This document shows, one piece after another, positions 27,461 to 41,399 of a DNA stretch of 64,000 nt. The first letter of the stretch is position 1, and each line of letters begins with the position of its first letter. The stretch is from Octopus sinensis. Lineage: Eukaryota. The notes below the pieces were generated by a model. That model was not told where the DNA came from, did no database searches, and worked only from the letters and a program-made list of their open reading frames with translations. The translations under genes and the position numbers were made by a program. The stretch is from assembly GCF_006345805.1 (NCBI RefSeq), contig NC_042997.1:63240001-63304000 (forward strand), written 5' to 3'.

Positions 27461-27529
27461 GTGCAATTGTCTTAATGGACGAGGTATACTATATAACCAA
27501 TTTCAAATATAAAAACCTTTCAATTCTAT

Positions 27530-28960
27530 TCTATTCCCAAGATACACAAAAGTGACAAAATAAGTAATGAATGTAGGCCAGCCACAGACATAATAATAAA
27601 TTCCCTACTCCTACTGAATTGAAATTGAGGCCTATAATGGAGCTATCGCATGCGAAACCCGCTGCCTCAGTAGCTTTTTAAATAACCTCTGAAAACTACT
27701 GAAGCATGTGAAAAGCCACATAATGGACGACCTGGATATTCTCAATCACTTTCCTGAAACAATAAACAAAAGCACATTACTAGTATCCTTCGTTGTAGTC
27801 AACCTCTATTCCAATATCCCCCACAACCTAGGAATAGAGGCAATTCAATTCTGACTAGAGAATTAAGCCAACGAACTCCTACATCGCAACAAAAATAGGT
27901 CGTGATAGAAGAGCTAAACTTTAGCGTGGAGAATAACTACTTCGTCTTAAAAGATAACTTCTATCGACAAAATTCGGGGACTGCGATGTGTACGAGAATG
28001 GCACCCTCCTTTGCTAAATTAGTCGTTATCGTAAAGTTCCAGAAAAATATGGCAGACCATTCTTCTTCTACAAAGAACATAACTGGAAGAGATGCCTGGA
28101 TGACTGTTTCATTCTTTGGCATGAAAGTATAGAGACTTAAAGAATTTCAAGCACTTATAAATGGACTTCACATAAGGGTATATACTATAGTGTCTAATGC
28201 AAGCATCAGGGACACACGACTACATGAACTAAAGGCTACACTCATCACCAAGTACCTATCTTCACTAATTGACATATTCGTTCAACGTGCCCTACATCTC
28301 AACATCCATGAACTCAGAATCCCAAATTAAAGAAGGGTTTACAACCAAAAGCCCTACCATGTATCTCCACACACAACTCTCTTAACAATGAAACCTTCCA
28401 AAGCATCCTTTATAACATTTGCCCGCTCAAAAAGGACCACAGAATGAATTTAATCCTCCAAACACACACCGTCATAAAAAAACAGGACAGCCCAAATCTA
28501 TGAAAAGTCTCCTAACACAAGCCCGAATATTGTCAACACTGAAGCAGTCAGTAAAAACTTTGGTATATGTGTCAATTTAAATGAGGGATAAGAGTTCTCC
28601 TTCAAACATGGACAGCGTTTCACAGTGAAGAGCAGCTTCACATGTACTTCGGAGAACCTGATATACGCACTAGCCTGCTCTTTGTGTCAAGAGCAATACA
28701 TAAGCAAATTAAAAACAGCCTACGTCAAAGGATGGCTCTGCACAGATCCCAGATCAAAATTCTAAAAACAGAAAAATAACATTCAGCCAACACATCGACA
28801 TTTGCGCCAGCAACAAAAATCCAAGTTTCAGAATGTTTCCCCTCTATCGATTCAGGGACGATACAACCAGTAGCCAACGAATTAGTAAAGAGTGTCTCTT
28901 TATTACAAAATAGAGACACATCTACAACAAATGACATATCCACCACGACCTTAGAATTAT
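27530..28960 (+). mobile_element. Decayed Penelope-like element (Neptune-like RT + GIY-YIG)
   Basis: LRPI; LVSFVVVNLYSNIPH; ENNYF..FYRQNSGTAMCTRMAPSFAKL; WKRCLDDCFILW; FTCTSENLIYALACSLCQEQYI. Confidence 0.9.
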
Positions 28961-29132
28961 ACACACTCAAATATTAAAAACAAATACATTCCAAAGATAT
29001 ACCCTAGAATTCATTAAGATCAGTCCCAATCCCTGCTATAATCCACATCGAATCACTTTTAGGTCATTTGACCATTTAAAATTCTACTAATATCCTACCA
29101 TCCTGCATTCTTTTATTATTCTCGCTCTGTCT

Positions 29133-29243
29133 TTTCTTCTTCTTCTTCTTCTTCTTCTTCTTCTTCTTCTCTTCTTCTTCTTCTTCTTCTTCTTCTTCGT
29201 CTTCTTCTTCTTCTTCTTCTTCTTCTTCCTCTTCCTCCTCCTC
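29133..29243. repeat. (TTC)n microsatellite
   Basis: Directly visible. Confidence 0.95.
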
Positions 29244-29787
29244 TCTGTCACCTCCTTCCTTACTTTACTACTAATGCTGTTTAGAATAACACCTACGCAA
29301 ATATAAACAATACATTCAAAAGAGATATCTCAAGAATTCATCACTACTACCATCCACATCATGTAACTTTCTGTAACTACCTGATAATTTCTTGTTAAGA
29401 TTCCTTAGTAAGAAGTTATCCTTAATTGTTAAATTTATTCCGAAGAAAAACTTTTCCTACCCGACATGCAGTTCGAGAAAGCCCGCCATTTACCGAATAT
29501 ATGATGAATAAACATTTCCATGTGCTTTGCCGAGGGGAGCAGATGTCTGTTTGACTTCGCCAGGTATGTTGGTCGTTTATTTATGATGTGTTCAGAATCA
29601 GTTCTACTGATGAATATTGACGTATTTGATGCGTTAAGTGTGAAATCACAGGTGATATAGAACTAAATTCATTTTTTAAATGTCTTGCTTCGAAAACTGC
29701 ATTAGGTACGATTAGTGAAATTTTGGTAGTAATGACTTATGTCCCTCTTAGCGTGAGGCATTTATGTGTACTAATGCCCTCTATACA

Positions 29788-29825
<38 letters not shown>

Positions 29826-29828
<3 letters not shown>

Positions 29829-29962
29829 AAGTAGATAAATGAATTATCTTATTACGGATAATTCAAATGATAACCCATACCTGGGTAGCAAAAATCACAA
29901 CAGAAAAAGCACGGTTGAAGTTACGACCATGGGGCATAAAATCCGTGCCTTAGTGCGGAAAT
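29826..29962 (-). mobile_element. pLTR 3' end fragment (family of 5285-5420), copy 1
   Basis: Reverse complement of 5285-5420; embedded in (TA)n. Confidence 0.85.
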
Positions 29963-30079
29963 ATATATATATACACTTAATATATATATATGTATATATA
30001 TATGTAGGTCCCGGGTTGAGTCGGGGTTAACCACAGTAAATAAGGTACTCAATACATAGCAGAGTAAATTAATTTATTT

Positions 30080-30195
30080 TATAGAAGGAGCTTCTACAGG
30101 ACTAGAACTGTTTCATTCAAAAGAAATCATCAGGAAGCTTCCTGATGATTTCTTTTGAATGAAACAGTTCTAGTCCTGTAGAAGCTCCTTCTATA
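30080..30195. repeat. Perfect 116-bp palindrome centred on AAG|CTT (30137/30138)
   Basis: Base-by-base self reverse complement with no spacer. Confidence 0.95.
30136..30186 (+). ncRNA. Type I hammerhead ribozyme (identical copy on minus strand at 30089-30139)
   Basis: AGCTTC CTGATGA tTTC-tttt-GAAt GAAA CAG-ttctagtc-CTG TA GAAGCT; 6-bp stem I, 4-bp stem III, GUA cleavage after 30180. Confidence 0.85.
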
Positions 30196-30220
30196 GAATA
30201 TATGTATATATATATATATG

Positions 30221-30248
<28 letters not shown>

Positions 30249-30251
<3 letters not shown>

Positions 30252-30385
30252 AAGTAGATAAATGAATTATCTTATTATGGATAATTCAAATGATAACCGA
30301 TACCTGGGTAGCAAAAATCACAACAGAAAAAGCACGGTTGAAGTTACAACCATGGGGCATAAAATCCGTGCCTTAGTGCGGAAAT
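30249..30385 (-). mobile_element. pLTR 3' end fragment, copy 2 (direct duplicate of 29826-29962)
   Basis: 3 differences in 137 bp; same truncation point. Confidence 0.85.
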
Positions 30386-30398
30386 ATATATATATACA

Positions 30399-30438
<40 letters not shown>

Positions 30439-30475
30439 TATATATATATATATATATTATGTATATATATAAGTA

Positions 30476-30546
<71 letters not shown>

Positions 30547-32598
30547 TATATATATATGTAACTGCCGAAACATGGCAGCCACCAGTGTGAAAATAATTTG
30601 AATACGGAGGAAATATTTCATGAGAAAATATTTGCGAAGAACTTCTGAACGTGGACGTCTGATTTGTAATAAGAAGACGAAATCGTACTGTCTTGAAGAA
30701 GAAACATTTGCAAAGTGTTTGAAATACGATTGGCTGCGTGAAGAATCGAGAATATAAATTGTGATTTATCGTCAAAAATAATGCCATTTCTGGATGAGTA
30801 ATTATAAGAAATACACGTTAAACGAATTTTTAGTTAGCAAAATATTTCCAGAGTTAGAAAAGAAAGAATAGCATTAACTTATAAAAAATTAGATTATTTC
30901 AATAAGTTATAAAAAACAAGAAAGAGAAACAGAAAGAAAAAGTTATTTAAGTCCAGAAAATGGTAGGATTGAATAACAATTTGTGCACTCAAGCCCAAAC
31001 GGTTTAAAATTTTATCAAAGATTAGGGAATATTGATTTAAAGTGATTAACTTGTTTCGGATATGAGTAATCTGTTGGATATTGTTTCTATGTAAGACTTT
31101 AGGCTAAGGCTGTGTTCATTTTTTAATATTACAAATATTGAGAACGTGGATTTGTAGTGTGGAAGATTAAATGCTACACTTGTTTAGATACTTTTTCTGT
31201 GCATTTAATTCACATGAAAAATATTTGATTTGGGTGCATGCTTCAAGTACAAATACAAGCCAGTGAAACACTAGAATAAATATAATCGACAGTGTGCTGT
31301 CTCTGAAATTTGTACATTTGTGCACATGCTGGAAATCAAATATTACAAAAGCAGTCACTCAGAGAGTTTTGAATGAACTATGCCGTGTTGATAAAGATAT
31401 GTTAATAGTTAATAATTGCGGAAATGATATATAATAAATTTAATTATTAATCGGTGGAATGCAGACGTTTACAGAACAGATAATGACACATAGGTTCAAA
31501 CATATATTAATGTGGTTTTAATCCAGCATAAAGGCTAATGAATTTTAAAATAAGAGTTCTTTGTTGTATTGTTGATTGTTGTAAAGTAGACAGTAGATGT
31601 TTTCCTCTCCCTCTCTCTCTCTCCTTGTGTGTGTGCGCGCACGTTTCTGTGTATGATCGTGCAAGTGCGGAGAAAGAAGTTGAACTGATAGCCATTTCAG
31701 TGATCAGAATTATCCTTCAAAGAGTAATAAGCTTCATTGATTAGTCTGAGAATGAACAAAGCACTCATCTAGGAAATATTGACTTAGGAAGGAGGAAAGC
31801 CATAGCTGAACACGACCGTCTGGAAACGCAGTCGGCCATAACGCAAAGCATTCTTGCCGACACTAATGATTTTGCCATGTTCTTCTCATAGGCACACGCT
31901 AACATACACACAGTCGCACGCAACACACGCACACTCTCTCTATCTCTCTCTCTCAATCACTTTCTCTTTCTCTCACACACACTCACACATATATATTGAA
32001 TAAAAGTATATAGTAAACTTTGCGAGAAGAGCATGCTTGTATATACTTCTGTTTCATTTTCCTTCTTGCCTAAATTGTACGATAGCGACGCAAAATAGTA
32101 TACTAATATTATAATAGCATTGTCGTCCATATAATAATGTAAGACATAGTGATATTTATCAACTACAATGTTATATATCAATATACTTAAAATGCAAATA
32201 TATAGCACTGGAAAAAATTGCATATCTCGAGTAACTATAAAATATAACTTTTAATCACTATGTTAATATATTATAACCTTCTCTAAACGTTCATACAGGC
32301 AAAAATATATACTGACAAACATGAAGAACACGAAAAGAAGCACAAACGTATGAATGATAAAATTCACGCAATTTGCACATCTAATAGAAATATATAGACC
32401 ATAAAATGCATATCAAAAGAAAATATACATTTAAATTTTTAATTATGTATCCATTTATTTCGCCATAATGATCTTCCTCATTGCTATTAGGAAATTCACT
32501 TAAATAAAGATATATACTCGTAGTTGATACCTATGCATAAATAGCAATTTAAAATGTTCTGCTATGAAAGAGTTAAATATTAATATTTTCATGTAATA

Positions 32599-32800
32599 AG
32601 GCGATGAGCAGGCAGAATTGTTTGCACGCCGGGCGAAATGCTTAGCGGCATTTCGTCCGTTTTTATGCCCTGAGTTCAAATTCTGCTGAGTACTGCTTTA
32701 ACATTTTGGGGCCGGTAAAATGGGAACCAGTTAAACATTTGGGTCGATGCAATCGACTTACTCCTCCTATAAAATTGCTTGCCTTGTGCCGAATTTGAAA
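32599..32800 (+). mobile_element. SINE family B
   Basis: ggcgatgagcaggcagaa..gccgggcgaaatgcttagcggcatttcgtc..gagttcaaattc (box A/B-like). Confidence 0.8.
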
Positions 32801-35026
32801 CTGATACTTAGCTTTAGTAAGAAAGTTAGTCAAAGTGAGAACTGTGTCATTACATCAAAACACTTACTTTTCTCTATGTTTCCCTCTTCTCCAGATTAAT
32901 GATAACAGGAGTATAATATCTATGCTGATATTTTTTATCCCTACAATACCTGTTTATATAAACATATACAAACACACAACATACTCGGACAGTCGTAGCT
33001 CATCCAGTTGCTCGGTAATCCGATTACTAATTCAATGTCAGAGTAGTGTAATCTATTCACATGCGTGCTTATCTCTTAATCAAAGTGATTAAATTTCATA
33101 GCTTTGACCAGAACCCATGTTGCGCTAAAGAAATAATTTAAGTGTTTTATCACAATTTGTTTTACATTTCAATTTGGTGAGTATAGGAAATATCATTGAT
33201 TTTGCAAGCAATACAGCATCGGTAGAGACAATGTAGTAAACTTGCAACACGAGCTTCAACAGGCTCACTGGAAGACATGAAGTCGAAACCAATTAGTAAC
33301 GGTGTAAGTGACAACAGAGAGATGTATTTTGCCAATGTCATCGGAATTAATGTATTTATTGAATGAAAATTACCTCGTAAAGCGTGATGCCGTTTTGCTA
33401 GATATTTATATGCAGAGCTGGCTATTATAAACGTATACTGAAACCGTGATTTATTTGACATGTATCATTTGCAACATACTTACAAGTTACAGTTTAGCTA
33501 TTCATGAGTAAAGATTCAGTATTCTTTAGCGTTTCTGTAATACGTATATATTCCTTTTGTTTTTGATGATGTTGAAGAAAATTAGCATCGCTATCGGGGT
33601 AGGTTTTAAAGATCTTTGGGTTGAAATATACTCAATATCTTATTTTGTCTCCCTGTTCGTCATGACTAAGCATCTACTGCGAACCTATGACATAGATTTA
33701 GGCATTAAAAGATGAAACGTAAAGAGGTTTTCTTTATGATTGAAAGGTAAATTTACTTCAAACATTTCAGAATTATGCGGAACCTTATCTTACTAGAGGT
33801 TATTCTTTCATCATCAATATTCTCAACTATTTTCCACTATATCAGTAGTTGAGCCTTTACCGCAACTAATCGCTTTCATCTTTGTAATTCTGTATTCGAT
33901 CATTCCAATTTGCGATCTCTACTGCAGTTGTCATGATCTTTGACCTCACGATTCTTTAGCAGCATGCATTATATTCGATTGCTTACAAATTTAATGCTTT
34001 TTAACGAAAGAAAGAATGAAATTTTTGCCATCTACACCTTTCTGCAAAACGTTAGGAAAGTGTTTACTTGTTTTTTTTTATGGAACCCACCCCCTCTCAT
34101 TAGATCGAGTTATTTTTCATGACTGATGATTATGTATTTCTAATGTGGGAAAAACACTGCTCATGATTATAATAACTTTGTCAATTATATTTCAGTGAGT
34201 AAAAACTGAAACCCCGTCACCTGACAATTTCTATTTGCTGTACCACAAATCCATTTTTTCTGTAAAAATACGCAGCTTAAGAAAAGTATATATCCTTGGT
34301 TTCATTCTACTTGGTTTTTAATTCCAATTTCAATATAAGGAAAATACGAAAAGTCAATTTAAAACAATGAAAACTTGCTACTTTTTCTAAACCTATTGAT
34401 CTTTTTCAGTTACTTTTAGCTCAACTAATTATGTCTTTTAGAGAAAATTATATTAAATTTTGAAATCGAATATACTGATGACACCCAAAACTGCATAATT
34501 AGATATAATCATTATTTTCTGACATTGCTGTTCAGATCTCATTGTGAAAAGTCACAATTAATATACAAAAAATATTTATATAAACAAGAATATAGCTGAC
34601 ATGCAATTACAGAAATGTACATGAACACGTTTATGATGTTTTCAATTTTTTTTTATAGAAAATAATTTTCCCTTTCATAAATTCAAATGGTTTTAGGAGA
34701 TCAAGAACTTTCAGTAACACATATTTTCATTGTATATCCCATTCACATAGTCCAACAAAAGCAAAACATTTTCGCTAGTAAACATATATAAACGTGCTTC
34801 GGTATAAACGTTAGAGTATAATTATTCACCATGAATCGTTAATTTAGGTTTCATATTCTTTGCATGTATTTCACGTTGACCATGAACATTGCGCGCGAAT
34901 GAAACAACTGCGACTGAACGAATATTTTCAGTTGAACATTCTATTTATATAAATACATGTAGATACACACACACAAACATAATATGTATGTGTGTGTGTT
35001 TGTATACATATATATTTATAGATACA

Positions 35027-35061
<35 letters not shown>

Positions 35062-35499
35062 TGTGTGCGTGTGTGCGCGTATGTGTGTGTGTGTGTGTAT
35101 GTATTTATATTCACATGCACGCGAATGTATATACACGTGAATGCATGAGTGTAAATATGTGGTGGTACAGTGAGGCCAAATGGTTAAATAGTTTACCTTG
35201 CATCCGCGGAGTTCTGAGCTCGATCCCACATTTCTATAGCTTATGATCGAACCAAACTTTGTGAGTGGAAATTGGTCGACACAAATTGTATGGAAACCAA
35301 TCATGTGGAGTGTCATTTTAAGTAACTATGTACAGCCTTGTCATGCATTGGTGCAATGCCCAGCAACTTACACATTAATAAATGAAACCCCGTCATCGGC
35401 AGATAGAGATCCATTAGCATGTATATAAAAACATACATACGTACATACATACATTCACACATATAGCGTTCTTATTATAGACACAAAGCATAAAAATAT

Positions 35500-35635
35500 G
35501 GGGGCGGGAGTTGGTCGATTACACCGACCACAGTGCTCAACTCGTAGTTACTTAATCGACTTCGAAAGGATGAAACGCAAAGACTAGCACGGCGGAATTT
35601 GAAAACAGAACTTGAGGTCACAAACTACCGCCACG
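35500..35635 (-). mobile_element. SINE family B, partial
   Basis: ggtcgattac..cgaaaggatgaaa..cggcggaatttgaa. Confidence 0.7.
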
Positions 35636-35667
35636 ATACAGACATACATACATGCACACACACACCA

Positions 35668-35736
<69 letters not shown>

Positions 35737-36597
35737 TATATATACATACACACACATATATAATGACTGCTTCCTCATTTCCAAGGATAGGATTGCAATG
35801 CTACGTCAAGAAATATCTGCACATAATGCTTTTTAAAGTGGGATGATGCCTTGGACACACCAATCCAACACTGAGCCACAGCACAAACCCACAAAAGAAG
35901 TAGCCCTAATCATTGGTTGCCATAGAGTCGCACGCATTTCATCAGATTGTCCTTCTCCTCCAGCGACGACCTAACAAGGACTATGGGTCACTTACAACAA
36001 GCAATGTGGCACATCATGCCTACATTTTCATTTATGAGTTTCTCCGCTGACTGAACCTGTTGTAACTGCCCCAGAGTCGATACTCCAGCAAATAATGCTA
36101 TCCGTTTGAAATAGCAAGACCAAGCTTGTGAACACAATCTCGGATGGGCATCGATATTATTGAGTTTATCAATCTTTCTCAGATTTTTTCTGATCCTGCA
36201 GAGTTCCCAATTACTTTCCAATACATTGAATATTTGCACTGGATCTTTTTATTGTGATAGGGATAAAGATGAATGTAGCTATATCACCACGACTCTTTCT
36301 TGACCCACATTGTTATTTTCTTGTGCCACACTAAATTATAGTAGGCTTTAAGCATTTTCTCCCTAATTTCATTCTGCTACAGTAGCAGTCAGTAATATAA
36401 TTCTTTGATTCTATAGTTGTGATGAAAAATTTACTAAAATTATAATGGAGCATCTATATGTTGAAAACCTATATGATCTTATGCACCCGGGGGAGCGGTT
36501 TATTTCAAATTGATGTAAAGCTTGCATTGATAGATTAAGTGGTGCCGTTTGAGACGGCCGTAGTGTATCCTTGTTACTTATTTGTTTTATACACACA

Positions 36598-36642
<45 letters not shown>

Positions 36643-36691
36643 TATATATATATATATATATATGTATACATATATATATGTATACATATAT

Positions 36692-36742
<51 letters not shown>

Positions 36743-36775
36743 CATATATACATATATATACACATATATATATAT

Positions 36776-36817
<42 letters not shown>

Positions 36818-37073
36818 TACATATATATACACATGTATACATATTTATGAATTATAATTGATATAGGATAAAAATTTTTTCGGGAAAAAAATTTTATCAA
36901 TGCCCAGCATATCAAAAACATGCCTTTAAAGGTCAAAATTATACATAATTTACAAGATAAGGGCAGAAGAAAAATTCTAATGCCAGATACGCCGAAACAA
37001 AAAAATTGTCGATAACTATTAAATTTATGCGTCTCGAAACAAACCGATAGAAATCTCTAAAAAAATTCGTTAT

Positions 37074-37132
37074 TACCGTATTGGTCCAATTTCAGGGTTA
37101 ATTCCCAAGAAATTTTCCCCTCTTCAGCGGCA
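37074..37132 (-). ncRNA. Type I hammerhead ribozyme (complete) in a TA-anchored element spanning about 36860-37230
   Basis: Minus strand: TGCCG CTGAAGA GGGG-aa-AATTTC-ttg-GGAATT-aa-CCCT GAAA TTGG-A-CCAA TA CGGTA; AUA triplet. Confidence 0.85.
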
Positions 37133-37638
37133 CATACGCGAGATATAAATGAAATACTTATTCATACCCACGGAAAAGGCAAGCACCAAGTCCCCAGCAG
37201 ACTTAAGTACCCCAAATATATCCAAAATAGAAAAGTTATGCCATGGATTTAGCTGATTGGTGATATTAACTCCGAAGCTTGACTGATACAGAGAGGATCA
37301 AAATGAAAATTGCCGCTCATAAGAATTGAATTAAATTGTAAAGAACTGTATGCTATTTTGCCTCTCTCTAAAAGATCTTTCAAACCACCGCCTCAGTTAA
37401 AATATTTACATTGTTAATTTAAAATATTGGATTTTATGGCTGCACTAGGCATACAAACAATCAATCACTTTCGCTTAATGAAGTAGCTAAACAAATGTTA
37501 CTGCACGTCATAGTTCAGTCAAATTATATTAAAGTACGTTGTACACATTCTCGTATGTAGGGTGGAAACAACACATCCATTACCAACGTTTCTATTCTTA
37601 AAAATTTCAGCCACAAATTTATATGTGTCTTTAGCTCG

Positions 37639-37675
<37 letters not shown>

Positions 37676-38129
37676 CATTGGGTGTGTCTATATTGTGATT
37701 TCCTACGACCTAGGGTTAGTTGCACATGCAATCTCACACACATACACATACATACATTCACACACATACACTTACATTCACACACACGCGCACACACACA
37801 CCACCACCACCACCACACGAGCGTATACATACATATATTTCTGCATATGTACAACATACTTTATATCTATCTGTCTGTCTGACCGTCCGTCCGCCTGTCT
37901 GTCTATGTATGTATGTCATTGTTCAGTTTATTTCAAGATTTATGCCCAATAAGGAAAGAACCAGTTTCTAACTTATATCTAAGGCTCCTTCATTGGAATT
38001 TCAGCACCAGCAACATGGTATTTTTTTTGTATGTATGTATATGTGCAAATTTGTATGTTTTGTTTTATATATGTATTTTCATGCATATAGTTGCATATCT
38101 AGACATGCTCATATATATATTAAAATTAT

Positions 38130-38780
38130 AAAAGTTTCACAGATTTGTACAGTTCCAGCGATGGATTGGATCTGTAGTCTTCGAATTAGCTTTCTTCATT
38201 CCTGTTTTGAGAGGCCTAATTTTCCAAGATTGGTATTTAAGCAGTGTATTATATATCCGAGGGCCTCAATAATTACAAGTATAAACCTGAACTTGTAATC
38301 TGGATAGAATAACTGCAGATTTCTCAATAGTTCATCATCAGTGTTCTCTTTTTCAATGATCTTCAGCTTTATGTTAACATCCGCTGGGTAGCTAATTTCC
38401 ACAAGTGTATACAGTTTCTCTTCTCTATCCCAAATCATTATATCAGGTCTGTTCAGCTTATATTTTTTTTATTGAGGTCTTCACTGGTACATTCCACTAG
38501 TATTCCTTTTTTTATGAGTGGCTTTGCCTTTTACCATATTCTAGGATTATATGTCTTAGTCCTCGGGGTTATCCTTCCGACGGATCTTATTATAGTGTCC
38601 CTAGCTACAACGTCATGTTTCATCGGTAGATATACCGTGATGACATTTTCGGACAACTGCTTATAATGTGGGTTTATATCTTCAGTGTGAACTTCACAAA
38701 GTCTGCATCGGTTGTCACATTTTACGACTTTTCCTGCTTCTATATCCCTTTTGTGCATCAGGTACTTGCTTGACATTTCC
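38130..38780 (-). mobile_element. R4/Dong-type (RLE) non-LTR retrotransposon 3' fragment
   Basis: KYLMHKR..CRLC..ED..H (CCHC region), MKHDVVA (RHD motif), PDIMIWDREEK..VEISYPAD (PD-(D/E)xK nuclease). Confidence 0.85.
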
Positions 38781-39094
38781 TACTACCTAGGGTAAGTTAC
38801 ACACGCACGCAAACACACACTCACCCACACCACATGCGCGTATACATATATTCATGCATCTATCATTCTTTCTCTCTCTCTCTCCCTAACTATCTATCTA
38901 TCTCTGTGTAGTAGATACATTATGCTAATATGATGTCTAAACTCTGGTTGAGGTACCCAAGCTACAAGGAGTGCAACATCTTGAAACAAATTGTCATACA
39001 CAATGTTTACTTTTAACTTTCACTTGCAAATATAATTACATACCAAAAGAATTACGCAAACATTTCAACAAGATATTACGTTGCACCTTTTGTT

Positions 39095-39400
39095 AGCAGT
39101 TATATATTCTCTCAAGCGTCATGCATCCGGACTGAATACAAAAGCTCGTGGTTAGGAGAATTGCTATGACTTCCTCAGCCCCAATTTCTAGTCTCCTTAT
39201 TCCCCAGTATGTAAACCTATGGATTACTATATGTGGGGCACGCTTGGTGGCGAAAATCAAGGAGGTGTTAGAAGACATTATCAGGGACTTTGTAAGGAAC
39301 AGATGCGCTAGTTTCCGGAATCGTCTTGACGTTGTGGAAGAAGTTAATGGCATTAAAGTGTTATCTCCCAGACATAATCTACTTGATATGTTTTGATTTA
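39095..39400 (+). mobile_element. Tc1/mariner (DD37D/maT-like) transposase C-terminal fragment
   Basis: Degenerate SPxxNPxDY region, then LVAKIKEVLEDI.RDFVRNRCASFRNRLDVVEEVNG. Confidence 0.7.
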
Positions 39401-40051
39401 TTAAAATACATTTATTTTTGGATGGGATATTATGTTTTCTTTTCCTTTCTAAATAAAAAGTACAAATTGAATGAAGAGAATTTGATATATCTTTATCTGG
39501 CAGATGTATCTACACTAACAATCCTCTACTTCTGATCTCTATAATAACCATCATTCGTGCAAGTTCTCAATTAGCAATGATTTTTCAATGAAAGAATTAC
39601 AAATCAATGAAAGCTTGTTGATTCCATAGTCCTTGAAAAAATTCTTTCAGGAATGCGTTTGTTATAACAAACAGTCTCCGGATTACCTCTCCCGTGGATG
39701 AGCTTCACAGTGTACTTGTCAATATGTGTTATGTATCTGGTTGAGAAGAAATTCTCTCAGAGTTATTGAATTATCTAACATTATCTAACATTAATGATCA
39801 CTAAGTCATGATGTTGTGATTCAATGACAAGTTATGTTTGCGGTGGCCATACCTTACATGATTTTCAATGAACGGTGAATCATGAATACCTGTAGTAATT
39901 TAATATATCTAAGCAATCAAAACCGGAAACGCTAAATCAATTTGTATTATGAAGACTACTGATTTCTACACCCCTGTGAGTGTTTACATGTGGGAACACA
40001 ACCATATAATATATACATATAGAAACATGACATGTAAATTGGCACACTTAT

Positions 40052-40316
40052 CTATATATATAAAGGTGCGATTCTGTGTGTGTGTGTATGTGTCTGTGTG
40101 TGTCTGTGTGGATTCTTAAGACTCGAGAACTATACAAACGATTTCATTCGAATTTTATACATGCCTTCCTTAGGGTTCATGCAATGTCGTGGGTCAAAAC
40201 TTTTTAACTTCTTACCTAATGCGAACCTAGAGCAATCTCTTATATCTTACACCATTTTATTATTACGTCATTATTGTAACGTGAGATAATACTTTCAGTT
40301 TGAAAGAAGTCTGTCC
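40052..40316 (+). mobile_element. Helitron-like non-autonomous 5' portion
   Basis: TCTATATATATAAA start, then (tgtc/tgtg)n and ctcgagaactat..cgatttcattcgaatttt; no 3' CTAG end found. Confidence 0.5.
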
Positions 40317-40339
40317 TATATATATATATATATATATAT

Positions 40340-40435
40340 AACGGGAAGCTTTATGAAAATAAACAAAAGACGAAGGCAGGTGGAAAACAAACGAACAATT
40401 GTATTAGTATGGCGCTCAGGAAATATAAATAAAAC

Positions 40436-40437
<2 letters not shown>
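40340..40437 (-). mobile_element. pLTR end fragment (family of 26807-27000) between (TA)n tracts
   Basis: aaacaaaagacgaag.caggtgg..aacaaac..tgtatta.tat..cgctca.gaa shared with 26825-26890; truncated at about the HHR position. Confidence 0.7.
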
Positions 40438-40488
<51 letters not shown>

Positions 40489-40743
40489 TATAAATAGAAA
40501 GGTATTCCTTATGAATTCCAAAACCGAGTTACAGATTTTGACGTATGAGGTATCAACAGATTCAGTACTATTTCGGGTACAAATTAAACTTAATTTTCAT
40601 TCACATTTAGCATTATAATCGGAATAGGCCAAATCTATATAGACGAATGAATTCGTACTTTCCCTCCAAAATTTTACCATGTGCGTCACAAAAATAGTTC
40701 CTTAGAAATAGAACTATGCATTGTCATAACGGAATGAAAAATT

Positions 40744-40885
40744 CCATTATTAATAATATAAGGGTAAATAATTGATAGTTTAAAAAAACCCAACAATGGT
40801 AGATTTACATAGCGAAATCTACCAGTAAATAATTGTTGTTTTTTTTTAAACTATTAATTATTTATCCATATATTATTAATAATGG
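40744..40885. repeat. Fold-back inverted repeat abutting (TA)n
   Basis: ccattattaataatata../..tatattattaataatgg arms; central tggtagattt-acatagcg-aaatctacca. Confidence 0.8.
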
Positions 40886-40897
40886 TATATATATATA

Positions 40898-40975
<78 letters not shown>

Positions 40976-41399
40976 AATATATATATACACACACACACAC
41001 AATGTATGCCAGGTGCGACTGTCTTTTGAGTATAACTCCTTGTAGTGCCCTAACTTTCCTCTACTTTATGTTGCTTGTTTTAAACCTTACATTTCAGATA
41101 AATAATGTCAGACATCAAGATGACTCCGCAAAGCAAAAGGCACGCTGTAATCGTTACCTTAATAATGAAGCATAGTGATACAGAGATAGTTCACACCTTG
41201 AGTGTTACCCTATATTTTGTTGTCAAATTTCGAAAAGAATTTGGAGGTACTGATGAGATTGAACATCAATAGCTAAACGCAAAATAAATGCACATGGTCC
41301 TAGTAACAAGAGAACCCATAATTTGATACAGAGAGTCCAAGAAATAATCGACAAATTCTCCAGTAAGTGAATCAGAGTCATTAGAAAAAGCTCAAATTT

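Noticed and set aside
23860-28960. In-frame TGA codons as selenocysteine (Naiad-type PLE)
   Set aside because: The endonuclease is C-terminal, visible Cys motifs use normal codons, and stops of several types plus frameshifts indicate decay
29600-29645. CTGATGA followed by a small hairpin downstream of the PLE ORF
   Set aside because: No GAAA or convincing stems I and III; at most a very decayed HHR
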